This document shows, one piece after another, positions 37,927 through 47,902 of a stretch of DNA of 64,000 nt. Origin of the DNA: Anaerolineales bacterium (GTDB taxonomy: Bacteria; Chloroflexota; Anaerolineae; Anaerolineales; UBA11579); NCBI GenBank assembly GCA_040902205.1, contig JBBDXR010000008.1, forward strand, positions 49,677 to 113,676, in the 5' to 3' direction. How positions within the stretch are numbered: position 1 is the stretch's first letter; each line of letters opens with the position of its first letter. Both the position numbers and the translations under genes were made by a program. The notes beneath the pieces were generated by a model that was given only the letters and a program-made list of their open reading frames with translations, did no database searches and was not told the DNA's origin.

Positions 37927-38723
37927 ATAAACGAGGGCAACGCCTGGCCCTGCGGCTCGATGACGTGGGCGCCAGTACCAAGAAATATGAGGTGTATTCG
38001 CAGAGCGAGTGGCGGGCTGGCCCTTTGCGAGTTTCGGCCAATTGGCTCTTCCTCAAATACCTTTCTCCTTTTAGGGCCTGGGGACCTTATCGCGAGATGA
38101 GTGCCTCTGAATGGGAACAAGTGCTTGACCTGCTGGCGCGTTACAAAGCCAAACTCACAGTGGCCGTCACCGCTGTGTGGGTAGAGGAGGAGGACTACCT
38201 GATCCCGTTCCCACAGCGTTTTCCAGCTCAAGCCAAAGTCTTAAAAGCAGGCCGGGAAGGTGGATTGCTGGAGATAGCCAACCATGGGCTGACGCATTGC
38301 GTGCTGGCCAATAACGCCTTTAAGCCCAGACTCTTTGCGGGGAACCGGGAATCGCATCGTGAGTTCGGCCCGCAAATAAACGCTGAAATCCAGGATGAGC
38401 ACTTGCGACGGTCCCAGGAGATCTTACAGGAGTGGCTTGGCGCTGAGGTGATCACGTTTGTCCCGCCTGGGAACTTGTTCACCGAAGAGACCCTGGATTT
38501 GGCGGCTCGTCATGGCCTGCGCTTTGTTTCTTGCGATGCACCAGCCAAGCCAGGCGGGGTACCCAGGGTGCTAGGTAATGAACATACGATCGCGTTCCAC
38601 GATCGTGATATTGTTTTGCATGGCATCAAATGGCTTGAGGAGCAGCTGGAGGCCCATCGAGGAGAGGACTTTTCCTTTGTTCGCGAACTCGGCACGGAGA
38701 TGGTGAAGGTAAATGGGCGTTAG
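37923..38723 (+). CDS. Polysaccharide-deacetylase-like (DUF2334/NodB-related) protein
   Basis: Start taken at ATG 37923 (ATGA overlap). LRLDDVGAS, LEIANHGLTHC and PPGNLFTEETLDLAARHG resemble predicted carbohydrate deacetylases. Confidence 0.5.
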   Translation: MNKRGQRLALRLDDVGASTKKYEVYSQSEWRAGPLRVSANWLFLKYLSPFRAWGPYREMSASEWEQVLDLLARYKAKLTVAVTAVWVEEEDYLIPFPQRFPAQAKVLKAGREGGLLEIANHGLTHCVLANNAFKPRLFAGNRESHREFGPQINAEIQDEHLRRSQEILQEWLGAEVITFVPPGNLFTEETLDLAARHGLRFVSCDAPAKPGGVPRVLGNEHTIAFHDRDIVLHGIKWLEEQLEAHRGEDFSFVRELGTEMVKVNGR

Positions 38724-39504
38724 CGATGCTCCTCACTTCGCCTGGCTGAATACGGCGAGCGAGCCAATTCGCGAGCAAGTTCGCGCGTCGATCCCGGAGA
38801 GGCCGCAGGTGCTGGGATTGGGCGAGCAAAAACCCAGCCCGTTCATAGAGCACCTTTTGGAGGCCAAGGAGTTCGACTACCATGCTTGCGATCTATTCCC
38901 TCGCTCCGCGGAGGTGATTGCCTGCGACATGAACGATCTTTCCCCCCTGTTTGGCCGTATTCGGGCGGATGTTGTTTGCTTATTCCGTTCTTCCTATTTC
39001 ATCCGAAATAAACACGACTTCTTTGATCAGATCAAGAAAATCATGGCGCCCGGCGGCTACCTCTTCATGGATTTCCTAATCGGTTCTTCGGATCTGCCTG
39101 TCTTGGATTTCCGCTATGGCGATGTGCAGGCTGCGTTTGCCTATGACAAAGATCATCCCGCCTTCTTTCAAACATCTTTCTATGACGATCGTTTGGTGCA
39201 GGAGTTTGCTGACGATGTGGAGCCCTTTTGCCGCCACTCTCGGCGTTGGCCGTTGAGTACAAGGATCAGCTATTTGCGCAAGGCTGGCCGGTATTACCTT
39301 CGGGACGTGGGCGCCCTAAAAGATCTTACGAGCGCCAATCTGGGCGAGCAATTGCACGCCTTACTGCCGCAGGAGAATGTGTTTTCCTTGGCAGACTTCA
39401 GGGCGGATGGATTTGAAATCATCGCCTTTGGCGCCAAGTATTTCTACCCCCTCGTGAGGAAATTCAACTTGTATTGCTTTGTGGGAGCAAGGTTAGGAAC
39501 ATGA
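38713..39504 (+). CDS. Hypothetical protein, possibly a degenerate methyltransferase fold
   Basis: 263 aa. The ordered segments VLGLGEQ, ACDL, CDMNDL, ADVVCLFRS and MAPGGYLFMDF mimic class I MT motif order, but motif I is degenerate. Confidence 0.3.
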   Translation: MGVSDAPHFAWLNTASEPIREQVRASIPERPQVLGLGEQKPSPFIEHLLEAKEFDYHACDLFPRSAEVIACDMNDLSPLFGRIRADVVCLFRSSYFIRNKHDFFDQIKKIMAPGGYLFMDFLIGSSDLPVLDFRYGDVQAAFAYDKDHPAFFQTSFYDDRLVQEFADDVEPFCRHSRRWPLSTRISYLRKAGRYYLRDVGALKDLTSANLGEQLHALLPQENVFSLADFRADGFEIIAFGAKYFYPLVRKFNLYCFVGARLGT

Positions 39505-40586
39505 GAGCGGCCAGTGTTATTACTTTGATCGTTGGCGCGCGGCCCAACTTCATGAAGGCGGCTCCGCTGTGGCGCGCCCTGCAGAATGATGGCCGGGTGA
39601 CAGTGAGACTGATCCATACCGGGCAGCACTTCGACGAAAACATGTCGAAGGTGTTCTTCGATCAGCTGGGTCTGCCGAAACCGGATGCCGACCTGAATAT
39701 TCATACAGGCACACCGGCCAATCAGGTCGCGCAAGTCATCACGGCTTTAGGCGACGAATTTACGGGCTATCGGCCTCGAATGGTGGTTGTTTTTGGTGAC
39801 GTCAATTCCACGCTGGCTGCAGCCATTGCAGCTAACAAGATGGAGCTGCCACTGGCTCATGTCGAGGCAGGCTTGCGCAGTTACGACCGCTCCATGCCGG
39901 AGGAACATAACCGCGTTGTTACGGATCAGCTCTCCGACCTGCTCTTTACGCCATCCCCGGAAGCCGACAAGAACCTTCAGAAAGAGGGGATCCCGCTTGA
40001 ACGCATTCATAGGGTTGGCAACATCATGGTGGATAGCCTCATGGCCTTCAAGCCGCGCGCCGAGAAACTGAATACCGTTTCTCAATTCGGGCTGAAGAAG
40101 CAAGATTATGCCCTGGTTACCCTGCATCGCCCATCCAATGTGGACGACCCCGTCGCGTTACAGGGAATTCTCGGAACACTGGAAGAGGTGGCAAAGGAAT
40201 TGCCGGTGCTGTTTCCGGTGCACCCGCGCACCCGCCAGCGGATCGCCGGCCTTCAGGCGGGCAAAAAGGGGCGCACACAACTTACCGAGCCCTTGGGCTA
40301 TCTAGACTTTTTGAATCTGATGATGAATGCAAGGCTGGTGCTAACCGACTCGGGCGGGATCCAGGAGGAGACCACGGTGCTCGGCGTGCGGTGCCTGACG
40401 CTGCGGGAAAATACGGAGAGGCCCATTACCATCAGCGAGGGGACGAACCAATTGGTGGGCAACGACCCGGCGCGAATCGCGGCCGGTGTTAAGGCTACCA
40501 TAAGCGCCCAGCCAAAGCCTGCGGTCATCGACCTATGGGACGGGAATACGGCTGGGCGGATCGCCAAGATCCTGTGTCCGGCGTAG
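39501..40586 (+). CDS. wecB: UDP-N-acetylglucosamine 2-epimerase, non-hydrolysing
   Basis: Start at ATG 39501 (ATGA overlap). GARPNFMKAAPL, HTGQHFD, GDVNSTLA, HVEAGLRS, EEHNR and TDSGGIQEE. Confidence 0.9.
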   Translation: MRAASVITLIVGARPNFMKAAPLWRALQNDGRVTVRLIHTGQHFDENMSKVFFDQLGLPKPDADLNIHTGTPANQVAQVITALGDEFTGYRPRMVVVFGDVNSTLAAAIAANKMELPLAHVEAGLRSYDRSMPEEHNRVVTDQLSDLLFTPSPEADKNLQKEGIPLERIHRVGNIMVDSLMAFKPRAEKLNTVSQFGLKKQDYALVTLHRPSNVDDPVALQGILGTLEEVAKELPVLFPVHPRTRQRIAGLQAGKKGRTQLTEPLGYLDFLNLMMNARLVLTDSGGIQEETTVLGVRCLTLRENTERPITISEGTNQLVGNDPARIAAGVKATISAQPKPAVIDLWDGNTAGRIAKILCPA

Positions 40587-40594
40587 TGGATGCG

Positions 40595-41878
40595 ATGAGG
40601 ATCGGGTTCTTGTTGTTGCGCGACACTTTTTTCAAGACCATGGGAGAGCTGATCGAGGCTAGCGTAGAACGAGGACATACTGCTTTGCTGCTCTATTCCG
40701 AAGAGACGGCTGGTGGGCCAAAAGCGTATCAACAAGTCACGAAGGAGAAATTGGCGCCTTTCGCAAAGCTGGGCGGGAAGGGCACGCCGTTTCAGCTAAG
40801 TGAACTCGCCCAGCTCAAGGAAAAGTTCCAGCTGGATGTGCTGGTAACCCATGAGGGCTATTACTTTTTAACCGGGCATCTCAAGGATCTGGGCATGTCC
40901 AGAAGAGAAGGTGTCCTGGCGGTTTCCCTCTCCCATTTCTATGAGAACATCCGCCATCCTTTGGAATCATTGCTTTACTTTGATAAGACCTATTACCTCA
41001 GTGACTTCAGCGTGGACACGCATTTTGCGATCGCCAATGGCGGGAAAAGGAGAGAAGAATTTGCCGGCCTTTACGAGGCGAGCGGATCTCCTATGTTTGA
41101 TCAGCTCATGGGGCTGAAACGTGACGAGGCGCGGCGAGAACTGGGCATCCCGGAGGGAAAGCGCGTGGTGGTCTTTTTCGCGCCGGTGATCGTCCGCGAA
41201 ACACGCTGGCGGCACCTGATCCTGCGGCACTCCTCCAGGATCGAGAGGATCAAGCGAGTGCTTAAAGCGGGCAAGTGGAGATATGTTTGGGCCGCCCTTA
41301 CCTCGCCGGATCTGCTGGAAATCGCCCAGGCCATTCGGGAATTCTGTGATCGCAACAACGCGTACCTGATCATCAAATCGCGGGCCAAACAAACCGGGAA
41401 TGACATCTTCGACCAAATCGCTGACCGGTATATGACCGGAGAAAATGACAGTTATTATCCCGTTTTCACCAGCTATAAGCTGCTGGCCTCCGCCGACCTT
41501 TGTATTACGGCGATGAGCATGTCCGCGTTGGAAGGCGTTGCTACCGGAGTCCCAGTATGGAACATCTATATCCCTTATTCGGAATATGAAGCGCCGGCCG
41601 CGAGGGAATCACATGGGAGGCAATACTTCCGCGCCGTGATGGGGCGCGACAAGGAAGGCCCGTTCAACTACCGGGACTGCGTAACCAATATCGATCCAAA
41701 GCGAGTCCTCGGCGTGCTGCGCAGAAAGAGCCTGACCGAGGCCTTCGTGGATCCTCAAGCGGCCCGAGAGTATGCCAGGTTGTTTCTCGGCATCAAGCGG
41801 GAGCCAAGCAGCGAACGGATTCTCAATTCGCTTGAACAGCTATACGCAACGCGCCCGCGTACGGAGCAAAAAGGTTAG
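40595..41878 (+). CDS. GT-B-fold transferase-like protein, TagF/CDP-glycerol-phosphotransferase-like by eye
   Basis: Start at ATG 40595. GSPMFDQLMGLKRDEARRELGIPEGKRVVVFFAPV resembles the TagF-family G.P..D...lgi...k.vlYAPT motif. C-terminal ASADLCITAMSMSALEGVATGVPV is typical of a GT-B C-domain. Confidence 0.4.
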   Translation: MRIGFLLLRDTFFKTMGELIEASVERGHTALLLYSEETAGGPKAYQQVTKEKLAPFAKLGGKGTPFQLSELAQLKEKFQLDVLVTHEGYYFLTGHLKDLGMSRREGVLAVSLSHFYENIRHPLESLLYFDKTYYLSDFSVDTHFAIANGGKRREEFAGLYEASGSPMFDQLMGLKRDEARRELGIPEGKRVVVFFAPVIVRETRWRHLILRHSSRIERIKRVLKAGKWRYVWAALTSPDLLEIAQAIREFCDRNNAYLIIKSRAKQTGNDIFDQIADRYMTGENDSYYPVFTSYKLLASADLCITAMSMSALEGVATGVPVWNIYIPYSEYEAPAARESHGRQYFRAVMGRDKEGPFNYRDCVTNIDPKRVLGVLRRKSLTEAFVDPQAAREYARLFLGIKREPSSERILNSLEQLYATRPRTEQKG

Positions 41879-41881
41879 CCA

Positions 41882-42634
41882 ATGACAAAACTGATCTCAA
41901 GAGCCATGCTCTTGCTGGCTAAGCGTTTCCCCCAGGCTCGGTTGGAAGAACTTATCCTTCGTTTGATCCAGAAGCGGGCGAGCTCTTTGCCGCCCGATGA
42001 AAGCCTGCGGTTCCTATTTCGCCTGGACGCGGCGCTGTATGCCCTGCAGGGGCCGCTGGCCGTGGCCTACGGAGGCGGCAAGCATACGAAACATCGCCAC
42101 ACGTCGTATCACGACTTCTTTGTGGCGCGCGTTGGCGCCGGGGAGCGTGTACTCGACATTGGCTGTGGCACCGGGGACGTTGCCTACGACCTAGTCACAA
42201 AATCGAATGCTATCGTTGATGGGGTGGATCTTAATCCGGCGAGTATCGCCGAAGCCAAGAAGAGATATACGCACCCCAATCTCCGCTTTGCAGTTGGAGA
42301 TGCCAAGGAAGTGAAACCCGAAAAACCCTATGACGTGGTCTTGCTCTCGAACGTGCTGGAGCACCTGAACGGCAGACCACAGTTCCTGCGGGAGATCGTT
42401 CGTCTGACCGGCGCAGGACGTGTCTTTGTTCGTGTCCCGCTTTTCGAGCGCGATTGGCGTGTGCCTTTGAAAAAGGAACTCGGTGTCGAATGGCGCCTGG
42501 ACGAAGACCATAAGACCGAATACACGCTGGACAGCTTTGAAAGCGAAATTAGCGAAGCGAGTTTACGCATCAAGCACCTTGAAGTGCATTGGGGAGAGAT
42601 CTGGTCCGAGTTGGCCGCTGGGCCAGGAAAGTAA
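41882..42634 (+). CDS. Class I SAM-dependent methyltransferase
   Basis: Motif I VLDIGCGTGDVAYDL, then DLNPASI and VVLLSNVLEHL. Confidence 0.85.
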   Translation: MTKLISRAMLLLAKRFPQARLEELILRLIQKRASSLPPDESLRFLFRLDAALYALQGPLAVAYGGGKHTKHRHTSYHDFFVARVGAGERVLDIGCGTGDVAYDLVTKSNAIVDGVDLNPASIAEAKKRYTHPNLRFAVGDAKEVKPEKPYDVVLLSNVLEHLNGRPQFLREIVRLTGAGRVFVRVPLFERDWRVPLKKELGVEWRLDEDHKTEYTLDSFESEISEASLRIKHLEVHWGEIWSELAAGPGK

Positions 42635-42636
42635 GC

Positions 42637-43626
42637 ATGCGTATTTGCATTCCTATTGAGTTTCGTCCGGAGGGAGGCGGCTTCTACTTCCTTGACCATT
42701 TCGCCAGTTACCTTGGCGAGATTGGCTGGGACGTGACTGCCGACCTTAAGGGCGAATACCAGGTGTTATTCACCAATCATTGGATGACCCCCTATCGGAA
42801 CATCATGCAGGCCATTAGGCGAAACCCGTCAGTACGGATCGTGCAGCGCATCGACGGCGCGGCACAGAATTACGGGCGGGATGCAGAGGCCGACTTGCGG
42901 CAGGGCAGGGTCAACCGGATAGCCGATTTGACGATCTTTCAGAGCGAGTATGCGCGTTACAGCACGCGCGAGCTGTTCCCGGTCATAAGCCAGGACGGGC
43001 CTGTCATTCATAACCCCGTCGACCTAAAGATGTTTTCTCCTGAAGGGGACCGGCAGGAATTCCATGGAAAAACCCGAGTCGCCTGTGTTACTTGGAGCAC
43101 GAACCCGTACAAAGGTAAGAAGCATGTTTACGAGGTTGCCGAGAGGAATCCGGCCATTGATTTCGTGCTCTGCGGCAGCTTTGAGGATGCACCAAGGTTG
43201 AAGAATATATTGAGGCTGGGGGTTCTGGATCGAGCCGACCTGGCAAGCGCTCTTCGCTCGTGCCAATTCATGCTAACGTTTTCGAGGAATGAAGCCTGCC
43301 CCAATCACGTGTTGGAGGCGCTGGCCTGCGGGCTCCCGGTGCTCTTTGAGGATAGCGGAGCCATGCGCGAGGTGATCGGGGACTGCGGTTTGCCGGTGAC
43401 GGTGGATAGCTTCGCGCGGCAAGTGGAAGCGCTAAGACCAAATCTGGCTGGATTGTCCAAGGCAGCCCGCCAGCGCGCGCGAGATCTTTTTGCGCCACAG
43501 AAGAAGTTCGGCCAGTATGTTGAGGCCATAAAGGGCGCGTTGGATAGGCGTCCACGTGTGGCGTCCGTTTGGCGAAGCCTGTTGGCTTGGAGCTATCCGG
43601 CGCGACAAGGTTTGGGCCTGGCATGA
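42637..43626 (+). CDS. Glycosyltransferase, GT4-like (GT-B)
   Basis: Start at ATG 42637. C-terminal E-x7-E-type motif SRNEACPNHVLEALACGLPVLFEDSGAMREVI. Confidence 0.8.
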   Translation: MRICIPIEFRPEGGGFYFLDHFASYLGEIGWDVTADLKGEYQVLFTNHWMTPYRNIMQAIRRNPSVRIVQRIDGAAQNYGRDAEADLRQGRVNRIADLTIFQSEYARYSTRELFPVISQDGPVIHNPVDLKMFSPEGDRQEFHGKTRVACVTWSTNPYKGKKHVYEVAERNPAIDFVLCGSFEDAPRLKNILRLGVLDRADLASALRSCQFMLTFSRNEACPNHVLEALACGLPVLFEDSGAMREVIGDCGLPVTVDSFARQVEALRPNLAGLSKAARQRARDLFAPQKKFGQYVEAIKGALDRRPRVASVWRSLLAWSYPARQGLGLA

Positions 43627-44702
43627 TCCGTTCATTCCTTGAAAAGATAATATCTTTGGCTTGGCGGCAACCCCCTCGCCTTCATTACATTTCCCCGGGT
43701 ATTAACTGGTCGCTGGATTGGGATGGATACTACATCACCCGCGAGGTAGAGAAACAATTTGGCTTGAAGGCGCAGGTTGCACAGAGCGCAAAACACCTCT
43801 CTGGGCAGATCATTCATTATGGCTCCTTATGGGATATGGCGGCTAATGCGGGCGCTCCGCATAACGACCGAAATACTCCTGTAGGAACCATATTTCATGG
43901 AATAAAAGACGACCCATTGTTCAAAGAAGCTTTCGATAAGGTGCTTTCATCTGAAGCGAAATTTGCCAAGATCCATACTGCAAGCTCGATCATGCAGCAG
44001 CGTTTATTAGCCTGGGGCGTCTCAGCGCAGAGATTGGTTCGCATTCCGCTAGGCGTCGACCTAAAAGCGTTCATACCCGCTACCGAACAGCAAAAAAGCG
44101 AAAGGCGTCGCGAGTTGGGTATACCCGAGAAGGCATTTTGCATCGGGTCTTTTCATAAAGACGGAGTCGGTATGGATGCCGGAGATGAACCCAAGCCCAT
44201 TAAAGGTCCCGATATCCTCCTGAAGGTTGTGGAAGGCGTAAGCCGGCAGCATCCCGTTTTTGTGCTGCTAAGCGCCCCTGCCCGCGGCTATGTGAAGGCG
44301 GGATTGGAGCGCCTGGGCGTTCCATACGCGCATGTTGTCCTTGACGATTATTTGCAGATGCCCCGGCTTTATCGGGCGATCGACCTCTATCTGCTCACCT
44401 CGCGCGAAGAGGGTGGGCCGAAAGGAGTGCTTGAATCGCTGGCGAGTGGGATCCCGATCGTGGCGACGCGGGTTGGGTTGGCGCCAGACGTGATCAGACC
44501 GGGAGAGAATGGGCTCCTGGCCGATAGTGAAGATGTGCCATCCTTGGTGGGCCATGTCATGGACCTGATCGAGAGTCCCGGACTGCGCACGCGATTCGCA
44601 GTGAATGGGCTAAAAACCATCACCGACTATGATTGGTCATCTATTGCCGCCCGCTACTACGCCGAGATCTATAAGCCGATCTTGGAGCAGTCGGCCAAAT
44701 AA
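43623..44702 (+). CDS. Glycosyltransferase, GT4-like (GT-B)
   Basis: Start at ATG 43623 (ATGA overlap). TSREEGGPKGVLESLASGIPIVATRVGLAPDVI. Confidence 0.82.
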   Translation: MIRSFLEKIISLAWRQPPRLHYISPGINWSLDWDGYYITREVEKQFGLKAQVAQSAKHLSGQIIHYGSLWDMAANAGAPHNDRNTPVGTIFHGIKDDPLFKEAFDKVLSSEAKFAKIHTASSIMQQRLLAWGVSAQRLVRIPLGVDLKAFIPATEQQKSERRRELGIPEKAFCIGSFHKDGVGMDAGDEPKPIKGPDILLKVVEGVSRQHPVFVLLSAPARGYVKAGLERLGVPYAHVVLDDYLQMPRLYRAIDLYLLTSREEGGPKGVLESLASGIPIVATRVGLAPDVIRPGENGLLADSEDVPSLVGHVMDLIESPGLRTRFAVNGLKTITDYDWSSIAARYYAEIYKPILEQSAK

Positions 44703-44708
44703 GGCGCC

Positions 44709-45836
44709 GTGGGAAACCTTAACGAACCACCGACCGAGCAGATAGAACTCGCTCTATTTTTCACGGAGGGGGTCTCCCTCGGAACCTGGGATGAAGCGGG
44801 CATGTTTTCGAGGGAAATAGCCCTGTATCAAGCCTTGCATCGCAGCGGTGTTGAAGTCACCTTCGTAACCTATGGGCGCAGGGAGGAGGTGCGGTTTGCG
44901 ACCGAATTGGCCGGAATTCAAGTGCTGGCGAATCGAATGGGTCTGTCCCTGCGCCTATACCAGAAAGCATTGAAGCTTCTCCCACCCCGGGGCAATATAT
45001 TCAAAAGCAACCAGGTAGCGGGAGCCGATGTTGCGCTGACGGCCGCGCGCCGCCGAGGCGCTAAATTCATCGCCCGTTGCGGCTATTTACTGTCAGAATT
45101 CGAGGCACACAAACATGGGGCAGGCTCGTCAGAGGCGGAAAGAGCAAGGCAACTAGAACTAAAGGTGTTCGCCTCTGCAGACCGCGTTGCCGTCACCACT
45201 GAAGCCATGTCTAGAGCCGTTATCGATCAATATGGAATCGGGCGAGAAAAGGTGAAGATCCTCCCCAATTACGTGGAGACGAAAAGGTTCAAGCCAATGG
45301 CCAAGGAGCCATCCCCAGGATTCCGCATCGGATTTGTTGGCCGTATGGATGAGCAAAAGAACCTGATGGCCCTGATCGAGGCAACTTCAGACTTGGATAT
45401 CGAGCTTTTGTTGGTGGGACAGGGACCGCAGCTGGATGTCCTTGTGGCTGCCGCCAAGCACGGCAGAGCCAAGGTGCATTTCAAGGGTAAGATGCCTAAC
45501 GCAGAATTGCCGAAATTCCTGAACACATGCGATCTATTTGTTCTACCTTCGCTATACGAAGGCCATCCCAAATCGCTGCTGGAGGCCATGGCCTGCGGGC
45601 TGCCGGTGATCGGGACACGCGTGCCGGGGATCCGGGAGTTGATCGCCGATGGCGAAAACGGATTGCTGTGCGACACGGACGCGAATAGCCTTCGTGAGGT
45701 CATCCAGCGGGCAATGAATGACCCGGCTTTGCGCCTTAAAATGGGAAAGCGGGCCCGCACATACATTGAGAAGAACTTTTCTCTCGAGCGAGTCGTAGAC
45801 CTGGAACTCTCGTTGTATCGGGAACTTATCTCGTAA
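44709..45836 (+). CDS. Glycosyltransferase, GT4-like (GT-B)
   Basis: GTG start. PSLYEGHPKSLLEAMACGLPVIGTRVPGIRELI. Confidence 0.85.
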   Translation: MGNLNEPPTEQIELALFFTEGVSLGTWDEAGMFSREIALYQALHRSGVEVTFVTYGRREEVRFATELAGIQVLANRMGLSLRLYQKALKLLPPRGNIFKSNQVAGADVALTAARRRGAKFIARCGYLLSEFEAHKHGAGSSEAERARQLELKVFASADRVAVTTEAMSRAVIDQYGIGREKVKILPNYVETKRFKPMAKEPSPGFRIGFVGRMDEQKNLMALIEATSDLDIELLLVGQGPQLDVLVAAAKHGRAKVHFKGKMPNAELPKFLNTCDLFVLPSLYEGHPKSLLEAMACGLPVIGTRVPGIRELIADGENGLLCDTDANSLREVIQRAMNDPALRLKMGKRARTYIEKNFSLERVVDLELSLYRELIS

Positions 45837-45839
45837 GCG

Positions 45840-46856
45840 ATGCCAAAGATCACTGTATTGATGGCCGTGCATAACGGAATGCCTTACTTGCCCGAGGCTG
45901 TGGACAGCATTCTGCGCCAAACCTTCAACGATTTCGAATTCCTGATTATTGACGACGCGTCAACCGACGGCAGCAAAACTTTTCTCCTTTCACGCCAAGA
46001 TACCCGCATTCGTTTGGTTTTTAACCGCCATCATCTTGGGTTGTCCAAGTCGCTCAATAAAGGTCTCGACCTGGCGAGCGCAAAATATGTGGCCAGGATG
46101 GACCACGACGACATCAGCCTTCCGGATCGGCTTGGAAGGCAAAAAGCGTTCCTGGATGCCAACCCGCAAATCGCCGTGCTGGGAACTTGGGCGAGAACAT
46201 TTGGTCCGCAGCGGAAGCAGATCTGGCGGTACCCGATCCGGGATAGCGAGATCCGCAGCGAATTGGTCTTTAATTCGCCCCTGGTGCATAGCTCGGTTAT
46301 GCTGCGCAGATCCACATTCAATCGTCATCACCTTCGATATGATGAGAAGGTGAAACGCGCCCAGGATTATGAGCTATGGACGCGAGCGGCACCGAGCGTC
46401 CAGTTTGCCAATTTGCCATATGTACTGTTGAATTACCGGCTTCATGCGGGGCAAGTTGGGCGCATCCACGGAAGCGAGCAGCAAGCGGTTGCCGACATGG
46501 TTCGGCTGAGAGAAATCCGAAAACTTGGGATCACGATTAGCAGGAAAGAGCTGAACCTCCATAACGGGGCAGCGCGGTGGGGATTCCCGTCCTCGCGCGC
46601 CGGATTACAGGCATTGGAACGATGGTTTTTGAAGCTATGCGCCGCCAATAAAGGCTCGCGATATTTCGAAATGGCCACCCTGGACCAGACTCTACAACGG
46701 CGCTGGTGGGCTGCCTGCAGGTCAAATGTAGGCATGGGACTTGGCGCTTGGCGGCTGTATGCCGGTTCGCCCCTGGCCGGGGGTGCCGGGCACCCGGCAG
46801 CCGCGCGTTTTTGGGTCAAGGCATTGATCCGCGAGCTGGGCTGGAGGCGAAGGTAA
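45840..46856 (+). CDS. Glycosyltransferase family 2
   Basis: ITVLMAVHNGMPYLPEAVDSILRQTFNDFEFLIIDDASTDGS, plus a DHDD acidic motif. Confidence 0.85.
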   Translation: MPKITVLMAVHNGMPYLPEAVDSILRQTFNDFEFLIIDDASTDGSKTFLLSRQDTRIRLVFNRHHLGLSKSLNKGLDLASAKYVARMDHDDISLPDRLGRQKAFLDANPQIAVLGTWARTFGPQRKQIWRYPIRDSEIRSELVFNSPLVHSSVMLRRSTFNRHHLRYDEKVKRAQDYELWTRAAPSVQFANLPYVLLNYRLHAGQVGRIHGSEQQAVADMVRLREIRKLGITISRKELNLHNGAARWGFPSSRAGLQALERWFLKLCAANKGSRYFEMATLDQTLQRRWWAACRSNVGMGLGAWRLYAGSPLAGGAGHPAAARFWVKALIRELGWRRR

Positions 46857-46857
46857 T

Positions 46858-47886
46858 ATGCCCCGCGTAAGCTTTGGGATCATCGCGCTCAACGCGCGTC
46901 CCTTTTTGGAGTACAACCTGCGCGCCCTCTATCCATTTGCGCACGAGATCATCGTTGTCGAGGGCGCAACCCGGGCGGCGAAATCACTGGCAACTGCGGG
47001 AGGCCATTCCACGGATGGCACGCTGGAGATGCTGCATGAATTTAAACGGGGGCAAGACCCAGACAAGAAGATTCAAGTGATCACCGCGGCGGACGAAGGT
47101 TATGCGGACGGGTTTTGGCCGGAAAAAGAGGAAATGTCGGGGGCATATGCCCGGCGAATTTCCGGCCAATGGTTGTGGCAGGTGGATAGCGACGAATTCT
47201 ATTTGGAGGCTGACATGGCAGCTGTTTTGTCCCTTTTGGAAGCCGAGCCTGGAATTTCGACAATCTCATTTCCCTATTTTGAACTCTTCGGCGGGTTCAG
47301 CAGCACCATAACCGGCTCCTGGCATTTGCACCAACAAACCCTATGCCATCGTATCTTCCGCTGGGGAGAAGGCTATCGCTACTCGGCGCATCGCCCGCCC
47401 ACCGTTACCGACGCGGACGGCAAAGATCTGCGCAAGGGCCATTGGGTTTCGTATCCGCAAAATGGAGCCAAGCCTATTTATATGTTTCACTATTCTTATA
47501 TTTTTCCCAAGCAGGCGCATCAAAAAGTTGGCTACTATTCGAATGTCCACTGGACCTCGGTTTTTCGCAAAAATGAGCAATGGATGGAGGAAAGCTATCA
47601 GCGTCTGAAAAAGCCGATGTTCTTGGGCGAAAAGGGCTGGCCAAACCTGCAATGGCTAGAGCCTTATCGCGGCGAACACCCCGAGGCCATCATGGCCCTG
47701 CAAGAAGATCTGGCGTCGGGCAAGATCGCCGAGCCGACGCGCGACACTAAGGACATCGAGCGGCTCCTAAGGTCGCCCGTTTACGCGATGGAGAAGAGAT
47801 TAGCGCGCGTCTTCCTGGCTGTCTATTGGCCCTTGCGATCGGCATGGAAAAGACTCCGTGGGTTAGTGATGCGGCCCTCTGCCTAA
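46858..47886 (+). CDS. Glycosyltransferase family 2-like
   Basis: VSFGIIALNARPFLEYNL...IIVVEGA...STDGT and VDSDEF (DxD-like). Confidence 0.65.
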   Translation: MPRVSFGIIALNARPFLEYNLRALYPFAHEIIVVEGATRAAKSLATAGGHSTDGTLEMLHEFKRGQDPDKKIQVITAADEGYADGFWPEKEEMSGAYARRISGQWLWQVDSDEFYLEADMAAVLSLLEAEPGISTISFPYFELFGGFSSTITGSWHLHQQTLCHRIFRWGEGYRYSAHRPPTVTDADGKDLRKGHWVSYPQNGAKPIYMFHYSYIFPKQAHQKVGYYSNVHWTSVFRKNEQWMEESYQRLKKPMFLGEKGWPNLQWLEPYRGEHPEAIMALQEDLASGKIAEPTRDTKDIERLLRSPVYAMEKRLARVFLAVYWPLRSAWKRLRGLVMRPSA

Positions 47887-47902
47887 GGTAAACTTCCCAG
47901 CC

